A DNA stretch of 63,106 nt, counting the filler, from Octopus bimaculoides (Eukaryota): NCBI RefSeq assembly GCF_001194135.2. It is 5 parts of 4 records of this genome, joined end to end, with 100 filler letters (N's around TTAATTAATTAA, not from the genome) between each part and the next. Parts side by side here need not be neighbours in the genome. Positions count along the whole stretch, not along the records: positions 60,714 to 63,106 come from NC_068982.1; 4 more parts are not named here. One strand, 5' to 3'. The position numbers were made by a program, and so were the translations under genes. This document shows positions 62,741 to 63,106 of the stretch, piece after piece. Within the stretch, counting starts at the first letter, position 1. Each line of letters opens with the position of its first letter. A model generated the notes under the pieces. That model had not been told where the DNA came from. It made no database searches and worked only from the letters and a program-made list of their open reading frames with translations.

Positions 62741-63086
62741 ACAATTTAAAATTTAGGGTTTAACAAGTATTGCTTCACCACAGACCGAAAATTAGAAATA
62801 GCAGCCAAAACTACTATTTCTCTACTAAAATACAAACTCCCAAAAACATTAATACTCGCAAACTACAAAGGCAAGAAAAGAAAAAATAACGAATCTACCC
62901 GACCTTGATTAATCGTGGATGCGCGTTTCTAGACCATTATTTTTTCCCTTTTTTACCTTTGTAGTTTGCGAGTATTACTGTTTTTGGGAGTTTGTATTTT
63001 AGTAGAGAAATAGTAGTTTTGGCTGCTATTTCTAATTTTCGGTGTGTGGTGAAGCAATACTTGCTGAACCCTAAATTTTAAATTGT
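62741..63086. mobile_element. Foldback-type MITE with ~130-bp TIRs
   Basis: acaatttaaaatttagggtt...actacaaagg pairs with cctttgtagt...aaccctaaattttaaattgt, with few mismatches. Confidence 0.9.
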
Positions 63087-63106
63087 ATATATATATATAT
63101 ATATAT

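Overview
Eukaryotic, AT-rich, repeat-dominated draft-assembly sequence, most likely an octopus or related coleoid cephalopod. That call is inferred from the SINE/LINE repertoire and microsatellite load, not from a database search. Four 100-bp spacers of form N44-TTAATTAATTAA-N44 (25883, 40443, 58260, 60614) look like artificial joins, so the window is probably five separately assembled pieces. No intact protein-coding gene is visible. Most of the sequence is four tRNA- or RTE-related SINE families, decayed LINEs (R4/Dong-type with restriction-like endonuclease, L1/Tx1, CR1, RTE), the 3' half of a Gypsy LTR element, Tc1 and Chapaev-like transposase remnants, several MITEs and microsatellites. 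Host-gene candidates are fragmentary: a signal-peptide exon at 32.4-32.5 kb (-) and a small spliced ORF below an RFX-motif-rich promoter at 49.1 kb (-). Main highlights: a type I hammerhead ribozyme with a ~85-nt stem II insert (35418-35553, -), microsatellite-embedded R4/Dong copies, a templated inverted insertion, a multi-kb inverted duplication with an end-joining-like scar, and a pre-miRNA-sized hairpin.
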